A stretch of 64,000 nt of DNA from assembly GCA_030651065.1 (NCBI GenBank), contig JAUSCU010000077.1, positions 13,362 through 77,361 on the forward strand. Reading direction: 5' to 3'. Below, in pieces: positions 19,851 to 28,752 of this stretch (its first letter is position 1; the number at the start of each line of letters is the position of its first letter). Position numbers and translations under genes: made by a program. Origin of the DNA: Candidatus Omnitrophota bacterium. GTDB lineage: Bacteria > Omnitrophota > Gorgyraeia > 1-14-0-20-64-10. The notes below the pieces were generated by a model. It was given only the letters and a program-made list of their open reading frames with translations. It was not told where the DNA came from and searched no databases.

Positions 19851-21013
19851 GATTCGGGCGTCAGGTTGATCTTGATGCGGTAGGAACTGTTCTCTTTGTA
19901 GGGGTAGAACGGGTCGCCTTTGATACCGAAACAGTCCCGCAGGGTTTTCGAGAGAAGCTGTTTCTTCTTTTTCAGGGTATCTCTCGCTTCGGAATCGTCC
20001 CAAGAGAACTCCCCGCCCCTCATGGCGAGGAGCTTTAAAAACTCCCATTGTTGGTTAGGCTTGCGGTTCCTGGCGTCCTCAAAGCCCATTTCCTTGTAGT
20101 GGGCGGTTACGGGTGTCTTGGTATCCTTGCCAGAGATTTTCACGTTATGGCCGTCCAAGAACTGAACGGTGAGGGCATCCCATTTCAAATGCTGGAACGG
20201 TTTGGAAGCATCCTTTTTCTGGGCTAGCGGGATAGGCTGGGGTTCTGAGGTATCGGCATCGAATTGGCTTTCTGGCAGTTTCAGAAGCTCGGCTTTGAAA
20301 AGATTGAACCGCTTGATGTCAATTTCAACGCGTATGTCCAGGACCATACCAAGATTGGAATGAGGAAACTCGAATCGGTCCACCACCCCTTTGTTTTTCA
20401 GGAACAAGAGGGCATATCGTCTGGCATCGTGGTTTTGGGTAGAACTGGCGGGAACCCACGTAATCCGAACTATCTGCGATGGATTAAGCTGGAATTTCTC
20501 ATCAATATCCAGGACGGCCTCACGCACTTTCTGTTTGTTTAGCGGAGTAAGGTCGGACAGCTTAATTCTGCGCCTGTGGAGAAGAATCTCCCGCCAGTTA
20601 TTGAACTCGGAGAACAAGATAAGCGTAATGGGGATGCTTTCGGGAAGCGGCGCGGGTCTATATGCCGGAACCGGTTTTCTTACTTCGGATATGCCCGTAT
20701 AGTTCGGAAAAACAAACGTATCCTCTCTTTCGTTGGGCGGAATGAGTTCTTTCCCATAATTCGTTTGGCTGATCGCAAATGCGTGTGCGCTCTGCTCGAC
20801 CATCGTTTCCAACACTACCAGCGTTTCATAGCGATAAAGCTTATCCAGTTGATTTTTTGGATTTGGGGTTAGCGCCACTTCGCCGGACGTGTTGTTTTCA
20901 GTAGCCGCTATGAGCGCGTCGCAGACAATAGCGAACTTTTCTTTTCCATCTAATGACGGCGTTTTCTTCTTATACCGAAAATCGCTTGGGTCTGGATGCG
21001 GGACTATAGGCAT
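19838..21013 (-). CDS. Hypothetical protein with possible C-terminal winged-helix DNA-binding domain
   Basis: 391-aa ORF; C-terminal MGFED.R..KPNQQWEFL..LA...KKKKQLLSKTL..FGI..DPF. Confidence 0.65.
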   Translation of the reverse strand: MPIVPHPDPSDFRYKKKTPSLDGKEKFAIVCDALIAATENNTSGEVALTPNPKNQLDKLYRYETLVVLETMVEQSAHAFAISQTNYGKELIPPNEREDTFVFPNYTGISEVRKPVPAYRPAPLPESIPITLILFSEFNNWREILLHRRRIKLSDLTPLNKQKVREAVLDIDEKFQLNPSQIVRITWVPASSTQNHDARRYALLFLKNKGVVDRFEFPHSNLGMVLDIRVEIDIKRFNLFKAELLKLPESQFDADTSEPQPIPLAQKKDASKPFQHLKWDALTVQFLDGHNVKISGKDTKTPVTAHYKEMGFEDARNRKPNQQWEFLKLLAMRGGEFSWDDSEARDTLKKKKQLLSKTLRDCFGIKGDPFYPYKENSSYRIKINLTPESDSR

Positions 21014-21098
21014 TTCCGATCCTCATTGACTGCTGGCATTTAAGGCAACTTTAAGCATAATATAGCGTGAAAGGCCAGCTAACGGAACGAGCATTCGG

Positions 21099-21890
21099 AT
21101 GACCCCAACGCCCCCATTCTCTGAACGACACGGCTATCAGCCCCAAGCTAAACCCATAACTATTTGGCACGAAGCCCCGCCATTTATGAGAGCAGCCATT
21201 TTGTCTGTTGCTGCTAAATCGGGGTTTCATCCAAATGGTTTACGATCCGTGATATGCGCTGTCCTAGATGAGATCCCGAATACGGGGCAAAATTGGAGTC
21301 CATCAAATGTCCTAGAGGAATGTGAAGGCCTGATTCATGGTTGCGAATGGTTCGAGGTTTATGACATTTGCGAAGCTCTAGCACGGGAAAGGCCATCCTA
21401 TGACGTTGAGCCTGGAGTTTTTGAGAAGAATTTGAACAATTTTTTCTTGAAAAAAGGCATCGGCTGGAAGATGGAGAACGGTTTGTTGTCAGTGCGCGGA
21501 GAGCAGGACTATGAAAAGGTAACCGCCGAAGCCATAGGCATTTTAGAGCAATCGGGGCGGTCAACTGCCCTGGGGGAACTTAGAGAAGCAATACGGGATT
21601 TGGCGAGGCGTCCAGAGCCAGACTTAACGGGTGCTGTTCAACATGCTATGGCCGCTCTCGAATGTCTTGCTAGGGATATGTGCGACTCCAAAAAGACCTT
21701 AGGTGATCTAATTAGAGAATTAGGGCTTCCAGCGCCCGTTGATGTAGCAGTCGAGAAAATGTGGGGTTTCGCCAGCAATCAAGGACGCCATGTTGCGGAA
21801 GGCAAGAAGCCGGAGCTTCCAGAAACCATGCTGACCGTCCATTTTTGTTCCGCGATAGTCTCGTACCTGTTGCAGAGAAAAACAGCGTAA
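21099..21890 (+). CDS. AbiJ-N-terminal-domain-like protein with HEPN-like C-terminus (putative anti-phage)
   Basis: FSERHGY...EAP..R..I; CEWFEVYD; A..ALE...GRH. Confidence 0.65.
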   Translation: MTPTPPFSERHGYQPQAKPITIWHEAPPFMRAAILSVAAKSGFHPNGLRSVICAVLDEIPNTGQNWSPSNVLEECEGLIHGCEWFEVYDICEALARERPSYDVEPGVFEKNLNNFFLKKGIGWKMENGLLSVRGEQDYEKVTAEAIGILEQSGRSTALGELREAIRDLARRPEPDLTGAVQHAMAALECLARDMCDSKKTLGDLIRELGLPAPVDVAVEKMWGFASNQGRHVAEGKKPELPETMLTVHFCSAIVSYLLQRKTA

Positions 21891-21936
21891 TAAGAAGATG
21901 GGGAACGGAGCAATCTAGCATTAGGCGGAGGTTGTC

Positions 21937-22635
21937 GTGAAAACATTACTCTGGGCGGTTGTGGTCATCGGCACGGTAGGTGCGCTCTTAGCCGGATTTA
22001 TACTCGTCCTTCTTAGATTGCGCGAAACAACCTTTGTGAGTGGGGAGTTTTTCAGGGAAACGATGGCTCAGATTATCGCGGGGTTGTTGATTGCCCTCAT
22101 TGCTTCTCTTGCCTCATTTTGGTCAGCCTATGGGTTATATAAGCTCCAGGAGAACGACAAGGTTGCTTCTTCGCAGGCAGATGCTTTCATAAAGATTAAA
22201 AACGAGGTCTCCGAAAATCGGTTAACTCTTGGACAAGAACTAAAACGAGAAAAACCTCTTGTTCGTAATCTTTTAAAAACAGAAGCTTGGGACGCGGGAA
22301 AGTATCAGACTCCAATAAAGACACCCTTGCTACTCGATGGGCTGAAACTCCTGTACGATTTAATCGAAAAATACAACTGGCACACTAATTTCCTTCGCTT
22401 CAAGGTCATGGAGCAAGGCTTGACCCAACAAGGCGTTCCCGAAACCGTCTGGAAATCTGATGCCGCAATAATGAAAGAAGTTTATTCAAAACTAGAGGAA
22501 TTTGAGAACCTCACGACGCGGGAGCTTATTTTGCTGGGTCACGGCTCTCAAAGTGAATTTGAGAAGAGATTCGGACCCTGGCAGGCGCAGGTTGATATTT
22601 CGTTTTTTAAACAGGCCGCCAAAGACGGCAAGTAG
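21937..22635 (+). CDS. Two-TM membrane hypothetical protein
   Basis: Two N-terminal hydrophobic helices plus helical cytoplasmic domain; GGAGG RBS. Confidence 0.65.
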   Translation: MKTLLWAVVVIGTVGALLAGFILVLLRLRETTFVSGEFFRETMAQIIAGLLIALIASLASFWSAYGLYKLQENDKVASSQADAFIKIKNEVSENRLTLGQELKREKPLVRNLLKTEAWDAGKYQTPIKTPLLLDGLKLLYDLIEKYNWHTNFLRFKVMEQGLTQQGVPETVWKSDAAIMKEVYSKLEEFENLTTRELILLGHGSQSEFEKRFGPWQAQVDISFFKQAAKDGK

Positions 22636-22638
22636 CTA

Positions 22639-23511
22639 ATGAACGAGCCGGCAGTAAGTTTCGATTGTTGTGTTGAGGGTTACCTCAACAATTTTCAATG
22701 TGACAATCCAAGCGTTTTTGAGGGTGCTCCGGGGGTTATGCTGTCCCCGTTAAGTGATGAGGAAAAAAGAGAACTCAAAAATATCTCGGCATTCCATTCC
22801 GGTTATTCATTTGCTGAATGGAAATTAGAAATAAGTTTGTCATCGGTAACTGGAATAGGCGAAGCTGATAATAAAGCAGAAGCAATAATCCAGGATGTCG
22901 TAACTTCGCTTAGATTAACCAAGTCGGGTGGAGTAGAGATCCGCACTTTGAGATTTAGATCGGATAACCTCCCTCCTAATATTTCATTCCTTAATAATTC
23001 GGGCGTAACCAATCCGCAACCGAGCTATAGAGAAGGTACGTATCAATGTTCCGGGTCGGATCTCGAACAAACCCGTAACATCTATAGAAAACTACAGCAA
23101 GCCGTTTCGAGCAGATTGCGGATAGGAATCGGCCGCTTCAACACCGCATACCTAGATTATCGTGATGAAGATAAGTTGATCGACAATATCACAGCTTTGG
23201 AAGCCCTTTTATTGCGAGAATCACAAGAGCTAAGTTTGAGGCTATCCCTGCGCTGTGCTTGTTTGCTTCGTAAAGGAGATGAGCGCAAAACGCTGTTTGA
23301 GTTCGTGAAAGAGGCTTACTCTTGGCGCAACAAGCTAATTCACGGGGGACAATATAATCTCCCGGACGAGCTTGTAGTAGGCCAAACCAAATTTAACAAG
23401 CATTCCTTCCTAGTATTTCTGCAACAAGTAGTTCGTGACTGCATAAAACTTTCTTTAATGAATTCGGAAATGGTCGATAAGAAAAATCTCGAAAATCTAA
23501 ATCCATTCTAG
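22639..23511 (+). CDS. ApeA-like HEPN domain protein
   Basis: ITALEALL, ELSLRLSLR, YSWRNKLIHG (RxxxxH). Confidence 0.75.
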   Translation: MNEPAVSFDCCVEGYLNNFQCDNPSVFEGAPGVMLSPLSDEEKRELKNISAFHSGYSFAEWKLEISLSSVTGIGEADNKAEAIIQDVVTSLRLTKSGGVEIRTLRFRSDNLPPNISFLNNSGVTNPQPSYREGTYQCSGSDLEQTRNIYRKLQQAVSSRLRIGIGRFNTAYLDYRDEDKLIDNITALEALLLRESQELSLRLSLRCACLLRKGDERKTLFEFVKEAYSWRNKLIHGGQYNLPDELVVGQTKFNKHSFLVFLQQVVRDCIKLSLMNSEMVDKKNLENLNPF

Positions 23512-23513
23512 AA

Positions 23514-24557
23514 ATGAGTTCTCCTGATGAATTTAGCGTTACAAAAGAGCAGGAAATCCGCCAGTTGGCTATGTTGAGACCTCATGTGGTGATCGTCGGA
23601 GCCGGCGCCTCGGTCGCATCATTTCCGCGTGGCGACAGGAATGGTCGAATGCTTCCTGTGATGGATAACTTGGTAGAAGTATTACAGCTCCGAAATTTGT
23701 TTGAAAAACATGGCGTGAAGCATGAGGGAATCGGTTTTGAGACATTATATGCTGAGCTTTATGAGGACGAAAAACTTCGCCCATTATGCACGGGGCTGGA
23801 AGAGCGAATCTCAGAGTATTTTCAACAGGTAGAAATTGTCGACGATCCTACTATTTACGACCATTTAGTGCTTTCCCTTCGGAAAAAGGATGTCCTAGCT
23901 TCTTTTAATTGGGACCCTCTTTTGCTGCAGGCCTATTTGCGGGTCGGCCATAAAGGGTTTCATGTGCCGCGATTAATTTTCCTGCATGGCAATGTGGGAA
24001 TTGGTTTTTGTGAAAAAGACCGACAACTCGGAGTGAAGGGTCGCCTTTGTACTGAATGTAGAAAGAGCCTCGCGCCATCGAAATTGTTGTATCCGGTAAC
24101 TAAAAAAGATTACCAGTCAGACCCCATGATTAAAGGCCAATGGGACGAGTTATTGGCCGCCATGAAACGAGCTTTTATGATCACGATTTTTGGCTATTCT
24201 GCTCCTAAAACTGATGTTGGCGCGATCGATTTACTACTCAATGCATGGAAGGGGGAGCGCGAAAGAGAGCTAGAACAAGTTGAAATTATAGACATTAAAA
24301 CGGAAGAAGAACTTCGGCGGACGTGGGAACCATTCATTTTTTCTCACCATTACGAGACATTGACCGATTTCTATGAATCGTATCTAGCCCGACACCCCAG
24401 GAGAAGCGGGGAGGCGTACATGAATCAATTTATCGAAGGCAAATTCACGGAAGATAACCCACTGCCAAAGAGTGTCGGATTTGAAGAGCTAGAAAAGTGG
24501 GCGCAACCACTTCAACATCGAGAGACATTGGCTGGCTATTCTATGTTCTCTGGATAG
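23514..24557 (+). CDS. SIR2-like domain protein (putative NADase defence effector)
   Basis: VVIVGAGAS, SFNWD, FLHG, IFGYS sirtuin-fold motifs. Confidence 0.75.
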   Translation: MSSPDEFSVTKEQEIRQLAMLRPHVVIVGAGASVASFPRGDRNGRMLPVMDNLVEVLQLRNLFEKHGVKHEGIGFETLYAELYEDEKLRPLCTGLEERISEYFQQVEIVDDPTIYDHLVLSLRKKDVLASFNWDPLLLQAYLRVGHKGFHVPRLIFLHGNVGIGFCEKDRQLGVKGRLCTECRKSLAPSKLLYPVTKKDYQSDPMIKGQWDELLAAMKRAFMITIFGYSAPKTDVGAIDLLLNAWKGERERELEQVEIIDIKTEEELRRTWEPFIFSHHYETLTDFYESYLARHPRRSGEAYMNQFIEGKFTEDNPLPKSVGFEELEKWAQPLQHRETLAGYSMFSG

Positions 24558-24667
24558 CTGATTTTATGATTCAATAGGGACATCTCTGCGACTGTTGGGA
24601 AGTGAGGATTGGTTTCAAGGATATTCCCGTACAGGAAGCAGTTGCGAAGTTCGTCCAGTACGGGGAG
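24536..24667 (-). other. Displaced C-terminal coding segment of the serine recombinase (attR); in frame only after excision
   Basis: Reads LPVLDELRNCFLYGNILETNPHFPTVAEMSLLNHKISYPENIE-stop, starting at the CTCCCCG core used by the recombinase's Leu-Pro codons. Confidence 0.75.
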
Positions 24668-24775
24668 TCTTCCTTTGTTCATTTTCCATTCAGACAGACG
24701 ACCCGGCCGGGGCGCCCTCTTTGGACGGGAAAGCCCTTCTAGGAGTATACTGAATCCAATTCAGGAGGTGACGCG

Positions 24776-25174
24776 ATGAAGAAGAGCTGGTTACAGGGGC
24801 TCACCCTGGCATTGGTTATTGTAGGAACGGTTTTCCTCTTCCGGGTTGGCGTGGGAATCTCAAGTGAGAAGGCACGTCTGCAGGACGACGCGTCCGTTGA
24901 AGGTTCCGTCGTTTCTCTCGATCAATCCTCTCCCATTCCGGTCCTCGATTTAAAGACAGCCGACGACAAGATCGTCAAGATAAACATCGACAGCGAAACC
25001 ACCGTTTTGCAGGATAACCAGGTCGGCTCGTTGGGCCAACTGGCTCCCGGCCAGCGCGTGAAGGTCCATTACGGGACCAAGAACGGAAAGCAGGTCACCA
25101 CCTCCGTTGTCATCATTTCGCCCCTTCTCAGTTTTCCACCTGCGAATGAGCAGCCCCATCCCCTTGGGGAGTAG
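24776..25174 (+). CDS. Membrane-anchored DUF5666-like beta-barrel protein
   Basis: TM then VEGSV...IDSETTV...LAPGQRVKVHY; AGGAGG RBS. Confidence 0.6.
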   Translation: MKKSWLQGLTLALVIVGTVFLFRVGVGISSEKARLQDDASVEGSVVSLDQSSPIPVLDLKTADDKIVKINIDSETTVLQDNQVGSLGQLAPGQRVKVHYGTKNGKQVTTSVVIISPLLSFPPANEQPHPLGE

Positions 25175-25216
25175 CGCGCGCGTTTCACCGACAAATAAAC
25201 CTAAAGGAGGTGCGCC

Positions 25217-25390
25217 ATGTTGTCATGGTCACTGGCGTTCTTTGTCATCGCGATCATCGCCGGCATTTTCGGCTTCACGGGGATAGCCGCCGGCGCCGTC
25301 GAAATCGCGAAAATCCTGTTTCTGCTTTTCCTCGTGCTGTTCCTCGTGTCTCTTGTTTTCGCGCTGCTCTTAGTGCGCCCCAGGTCTTAG
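25217..25390 (+). CDS. DUF1328 (UPF0391) small membrane protein (57 aa)
   Basis: Manual translation [46 protein letters not shown]...; AGGAGG RBS. Confidence 0.88.
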   Translation: MLSWSLAFFVIAIIAGIFGFTGIAAGAVEIAKILFLLFLVLFLVSLVFALLLVRPRS

Positions 25391-25933
25391 ATGAGCGCAT
25401 TTGCCGATCGGATCGTTCGGGCCGCGAGGCTTGACCCGAGTTTGTACGAAGAAGTGGAGGCGGACCGGGCCGCTTTCCCCCAGGCTGCGGCAACGGTGGT
25501 TTTATCAAGCGTTGCAGCGGGATTGGGACTGCTTTGGCCTGGGGTAGGCCTGGAAGGGTTGTTTTGGGGCACTCTGGCGGCCCTCGTGGGATGGGTTGCC
25601 TGGGCGTGCGTGATCTGTTTTGTGGGGACTCAGCTACTCCCGGGATCTCAGACCTCCTCCAACATGGGGGAGGTGTTGCGGTGCGTTGGATTTGCCAGCG
25701 CCCCCGGTTTGATCCGCGTTCTGGGGGTGTTTGCGCCGATTCGGCCGGTTGTTTTCCTTGTCGTTTCGGTTTGGATGCTGGCCGCCACGATTGTGGCTGT
25801 CCGGCAGGCGCTTGATTATTCGAGCACGCTCAAGGCAGTTGTTGTCTGTCTCGTCGGATGGGTGATTCAAATCCTGGTACTCGTGGCCATCCTGCGGCTT
25901 AGCGGAGCGCCCTATCTGGTTGTAACTCCCTAG
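25391..25933 (+). CDS. Yip1-family membrane protein
   Basis: RAARLDPSLYEEVEAD, GFASAPG, VAVRQALD. Confidence 0.75.
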   Translation: MSAFADRIVRAARLDPSLYEEVEADRAAFPQAAATVVLSSVAAGLGLLWPGVGLEGLFWGTLAALVGWVAWACVICFVGTQLLPGSQTSSNMGEVLRCVGFASAPGLIRVLGVFAPIRPVVFLVVSVWMLAATIVAVRQALDYSSTLKAVVVCLVGWVIQILVLVAILRLSGAPYLVVTP

Positions 25934-26014
25934 CCCTGCCAGCATAGAGGATCAAAGACAGGTTTTCCGTACAGAAAGCAGTTGCGAAGTTCGTCCAGTA
26001 CGGGGAGTTTTGGG

Positions 26015-26044
26015 GGGCGGAGGATGATCTCCTCCGCCCTTTTT
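26015..26044 (+). terminator. Rho-independent terminator, probably the ancestral tRNA-Asn terminator
   Basis: GGGCGGAGGA-tgatc-TCCTCCGCCC followed by T tract, just after the last attR core. Confidence 0.75.
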
Positions 26045-26110
26045 CTTTAGGTGAGACTCCGGGAGAGTCCCGACTGGGGAGCTTTTTTAGGGGAGTATAA
26101 TAAAGCCCAT

Positions 26111-26983
26111 ATGTTTAGGGGATATTTATTTCAATTTTACGCGGTTCAAGCCCTCATTCTAGTTTTAAGGATTCTTCCTTTATCGCTCTCCGGTTGGATG
26201 ATGAAACGCGCGGCAAACCTCTTCTTTTTCTGTTCCCCCAAGCGAAGGAATGTCGCGCTGGATAATCTTACGCTAGCCTACGGAAACACGCTTTCCTCCG
26301 GTCAGAAAAGAAAAATAGCCCGGCAGTCTTTCGAGAGCCAAGCGCTTTCCATGCTGGAGCTGTTTGTAATCAAGAAAATAAAGAAAGATGCTGGTCGCCG
26401 GTTTTCCATTACGGGACAGCAGAATTTCAATGAGGCCGCGGCTCGCGGGAAAGGCGTGGTGTTTGTCGCCTCTCACTTGGGTTCCTGGGAATACATCGGA
26501 TTCCCGGGTTATCTCGCGCGGTATCCGCATTCGGTAATCGTCAAAAACATCAAGAACCCCTATCTCAACAAAATGATCGATGCCTTGCGAAGGGAAATCG
26601 ATACCCTGCCCATCCTTAAGGAAGCGAACGCCCTACGGATCACCTTGGCCGAGTTGCGGAAGAATCACGGGGTCGCGATCGTGATTGACCAGTGGGCGGG
26701 AGCAGAAGGGCTGTGGGTCGATTTCTTTGGAAGGGCCACCTCCACCACCTCTTTCCCGGCCCGGCTGGCCAAGAAAACGGGATCCGCGTTAATTCCGATT
26801 TATTGCTTAAGAAAAGAACTGGGCCGCTACGAGATCCAACTGCTTCCGGAAGTTCCCTTGCCGGAGGACCCGGAATGGGAGTTTCGCGTCACGAAGCGTT
26901 TAAATGAATTGCTTGAATCTCAGATCCGAAAATGCCCGGAGCAATGGTCTTGGAACCACAGGCGTTGGAGGCCCCGGCCATGA
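26111..26983 (+). CDS. Lipid A late acyltransferase (LpxL/HtrB family)
   Basis: SHLGSWE, DQ, FFG, PEQWSWNHRRW. Confidence 0.85.
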   Translation: MFRGYLFQFYAVQALILVLRILPLSLSGWMMKRAANLFFFCSPKRRNVALDNLTLAYGNTLSSGQKRKIARQSFESQALSMLELFVIKKIKKDAGRRFSITGQQNFNEAAARGKGVVFVASHLGSWEYIGFPGYLARYPHSVIVKNIKNPYLNKMIDALRREIDTLPILKEANALRITLAELRKNHGVAIVIDQWAGAEGLWVDFFGRATSTTSFPARLAKKTGSALIPIYCLRKELGRYEIQLLPEVPLPEDPEWEFRVTKRLNELLESQIRKCPEQWSWNHRRWRPRP

Positions 26984-28119
26984 AGAAAAAGTATATCTGC
27001 GTGGACGACGCGCAAGGTCTCGCCCGTTTAACCCAAACGCTGGAGGCCGCGGCCCGGGTGGGCATGGACACCGAAGCCGACAGCCTGCACCATTACTACG
27101 AGAAAGTTTGCCTGATCCAGTTAAGCTTTTTGGGGGGAAATTATATTATCGATCCCCTCCGCGGTTTTTCCCTTTCGGAGTTCCTTGAGGTGCTCTCTCA
27201 AAAAGAGCTGATCTTTCAGGGCGCGGATTTTGACCTCCGCGTCTTAAAAAAGTCATTCGGGTTCCGTCCAAAAGCCCCCATTTTCGATACCATGCTGGCC
27301 GCTCAGGTTCTGGGTTATGAAAAGATCGGCCTCGCGGCATTAGCGGAAAGATTCGTCGGAATTTTAATGTCGAAGACGGGGCAAAAAGCGGACTGGTCCA
27401 AGAGGCCTTTGCCGGAGCGATTGCTCACCTATGCCTCGGATGACACCCAATACCTGGAAACAATCGCTGACGCTCTGACGGAAAACCTTCAGAAACTCAA
27501 CCGAATCGCCTGGCACAGGGAATGCTGTGAACGTGTGGTCAAAACCTCCGGGCTTCCGGAGTCCGGCGAAGAGAAGGAGTCGTGGCGCGTTAAAGGATCT
27601 TCCGAATTGCCTCCCAATGAGCTTATCTTTGTGCGGGAGCTTTGGAAATGGCGGGATGAGGAAGCCCGGGAAAAAGACCGACCGGCTTTTTATATCTTGC
27701 AGAATGAAGACTTAGTCGGGCTTGCCGGATGGCAGGCGCAAAATCCGAAAAGTCCGATTCAGGAGGGCCCCGCATTTCTGAAAAGGTTCACCGGGGAGAA
27801 CCGCGCGCGGCTGGAAAACGCTCTTCGGTCCGCGAAAAACGCTCCCCCGGCGGAATGGCCGCTCCCAAAGAAAAGAAGGGAGTGGGCCACTGAGCGGCCG
27901 GATCAGAAAAAACTGGAGGCGTTGCTGGCCGCATGCAGAACGCTGGCGAAAAAACTGGGAATCGAGCCTTCCTTTCTGGCTTCCCGCGGCGCGTTAACGG
28001 CCGTGATCCGGCATCAGCCCCGATCCATCGAAGAGGTAGCGAAAGTGAGCGGCCTCATGCATTGGCAGGCGGAATTGATGCTGCCTGAGATCAAGACTCT
28101 ATTAGCCCCGCAACCTTAG
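26980..28119 (+). CDS. rnd: Ribonuclease D (DEDD exonuclease plus HRDC)
   Basis: DTEAD, CLIQL, FDTMLAA, DWSKRPL, YASDD. Confidence 0.88.
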   Translation: MKKKYICVDDAQGLARLTQTLEAAARVGMDTEADSLHHYYEKVCLIQLSFLGGNYIIDPLRGFSLSEFLEVLSQKELIFQGADFDLRVLKKSFGFRPKAPIFDTMLAAQVLGYEKIGLAALAERFVGILMSKTGQKADWSKRPLPERLLTYASDDTQYLETIADALTENLQKLNRIAWHRECCERVVKTSGLPESGEEKESWRVKGSSELPPNELIFVRELWKWRDEEAREKDRPAFYILQNEDLVGLAGWQAQNPKSPIQEGPAFLKRFTGENRARLENALRSAKNAPPAEWPLPKKRREWATERPDQKKLEALLAACRTLAKKLGIEPSFLASRGALTAVIRHQPRSIEEVAKVSGLMHWQAELMLPEIKTLLAPQP

Positions 28120-28670
28120 CGGGAGTGTTGGGAGATGTGGTCGATCTGGTGCTGGTAGGATTGGACTGCGTTCTTGAGGGACTGGTTCTCCGATGAAAGG
28201 TCGAGGATCTTCACCCAGACGGTCGCCACCACCCCCGCGGCTACGGCAGCCCCCAGGCCGAAAGTAACGACGCGGGTCCAGGAAATCCGAAAACCGGGCT
28301 GCATGTTGGAGACGATGACCGCCCCGTCGGAACGGGTGTATTCGGTGAGGAAGGAGTTTAAGCGCGCCTGCGCCCGGGCATCCACATTCTGCCAGCAGAG
28401 GCCGGATTCGTAGCCGATTTGGCCGCGGCCCTGCTGCATCAAGCGGGACCAGACCACCACTCCGGTCAGGATGACTTCCCCCTCCTTCGGCAGGGAGAGT
28501 GTCAGGGAGATCTTTCCGCCCGGCTCCAGCCGCTCGGGGGAGACAAAACGAGCTCCACCCAGGCTGATGTCCCGCGTCATGCCTAAACGGGGGCCGGCTA
28601 GCCGTGTGGTGGGCTGATAACTCCCCTCAACGCCAACGGGGACCCGAATATGGACTCTTTTCTCGTACAT
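28116..28670 (-). CDS. PilZ domain protein with C-terminal TM and coiled coil
   Basis: EKRVHIR (RxxxR), DISLGG. Confidence 0.8.
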   Translation of the reverse strand: MYEKRVHIRVPVGVEGSYQPTTRLAGPRLGMTRDISLGGARFVSPERLEPGGKISLTLSLPKEGEVILTGVVVWSRLMQQGRGQIGYESGLCWQNVDARAQARLNSFLTEYTRSDGAVIVSNMQPGFRISWTRVVTFGLGAAVAAGVVATVWVKILDLSSENQSLKNAVQSYQHQIDHISQHSR

Positions 28671-28752
28671 ATCTTAAATTAGACTGCATTTACCCCATCA
28701 GGTAACTATACCACAAAGCACCACTCGTTGTGGGGGGAAATCGATAAAAATT

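Larger units (their letters stand above)
14055..24667. mobile_element. Integrative defence island bounded by CGGGGAG cores (attL 14055-14061, attR 24661-24667)
   Basis: Recombinase at tRNA 3' end, visibly lower GC, RM and defence cargo, shared core at both ends, reconstructed attP with inverted repeat. Confidence 0.85.
24702..26007. mobile_element. Recombinase-less mini-island (degenerate attL 24702-24754; attR copy 25963-26007) with three cargo genes
   Basis: 24702-24754 aligns with 14049-14100; 25963-26007 is nearly identical to 24623-24667. Confidence 0.7.

Noticed and set aside
14055-24667. Prophage or conjugative element
   Set aside because: No structural, terminase, relaxase or T4SS genes recognised.
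24623-26007. The two 45-bp repeats as a riboswitch/ncRNA or CRISPR repeats
   Set aside because: Only two copies, 1.3 kb apart; better explained as attR sites carrying the recombinase tail (shared core, reading frame, synonymous differences).
26051-26090. Possible third att core (ctggggag)
   Set aside because: No TTCGTCCA arm or recombinase-tail frame; match too short.
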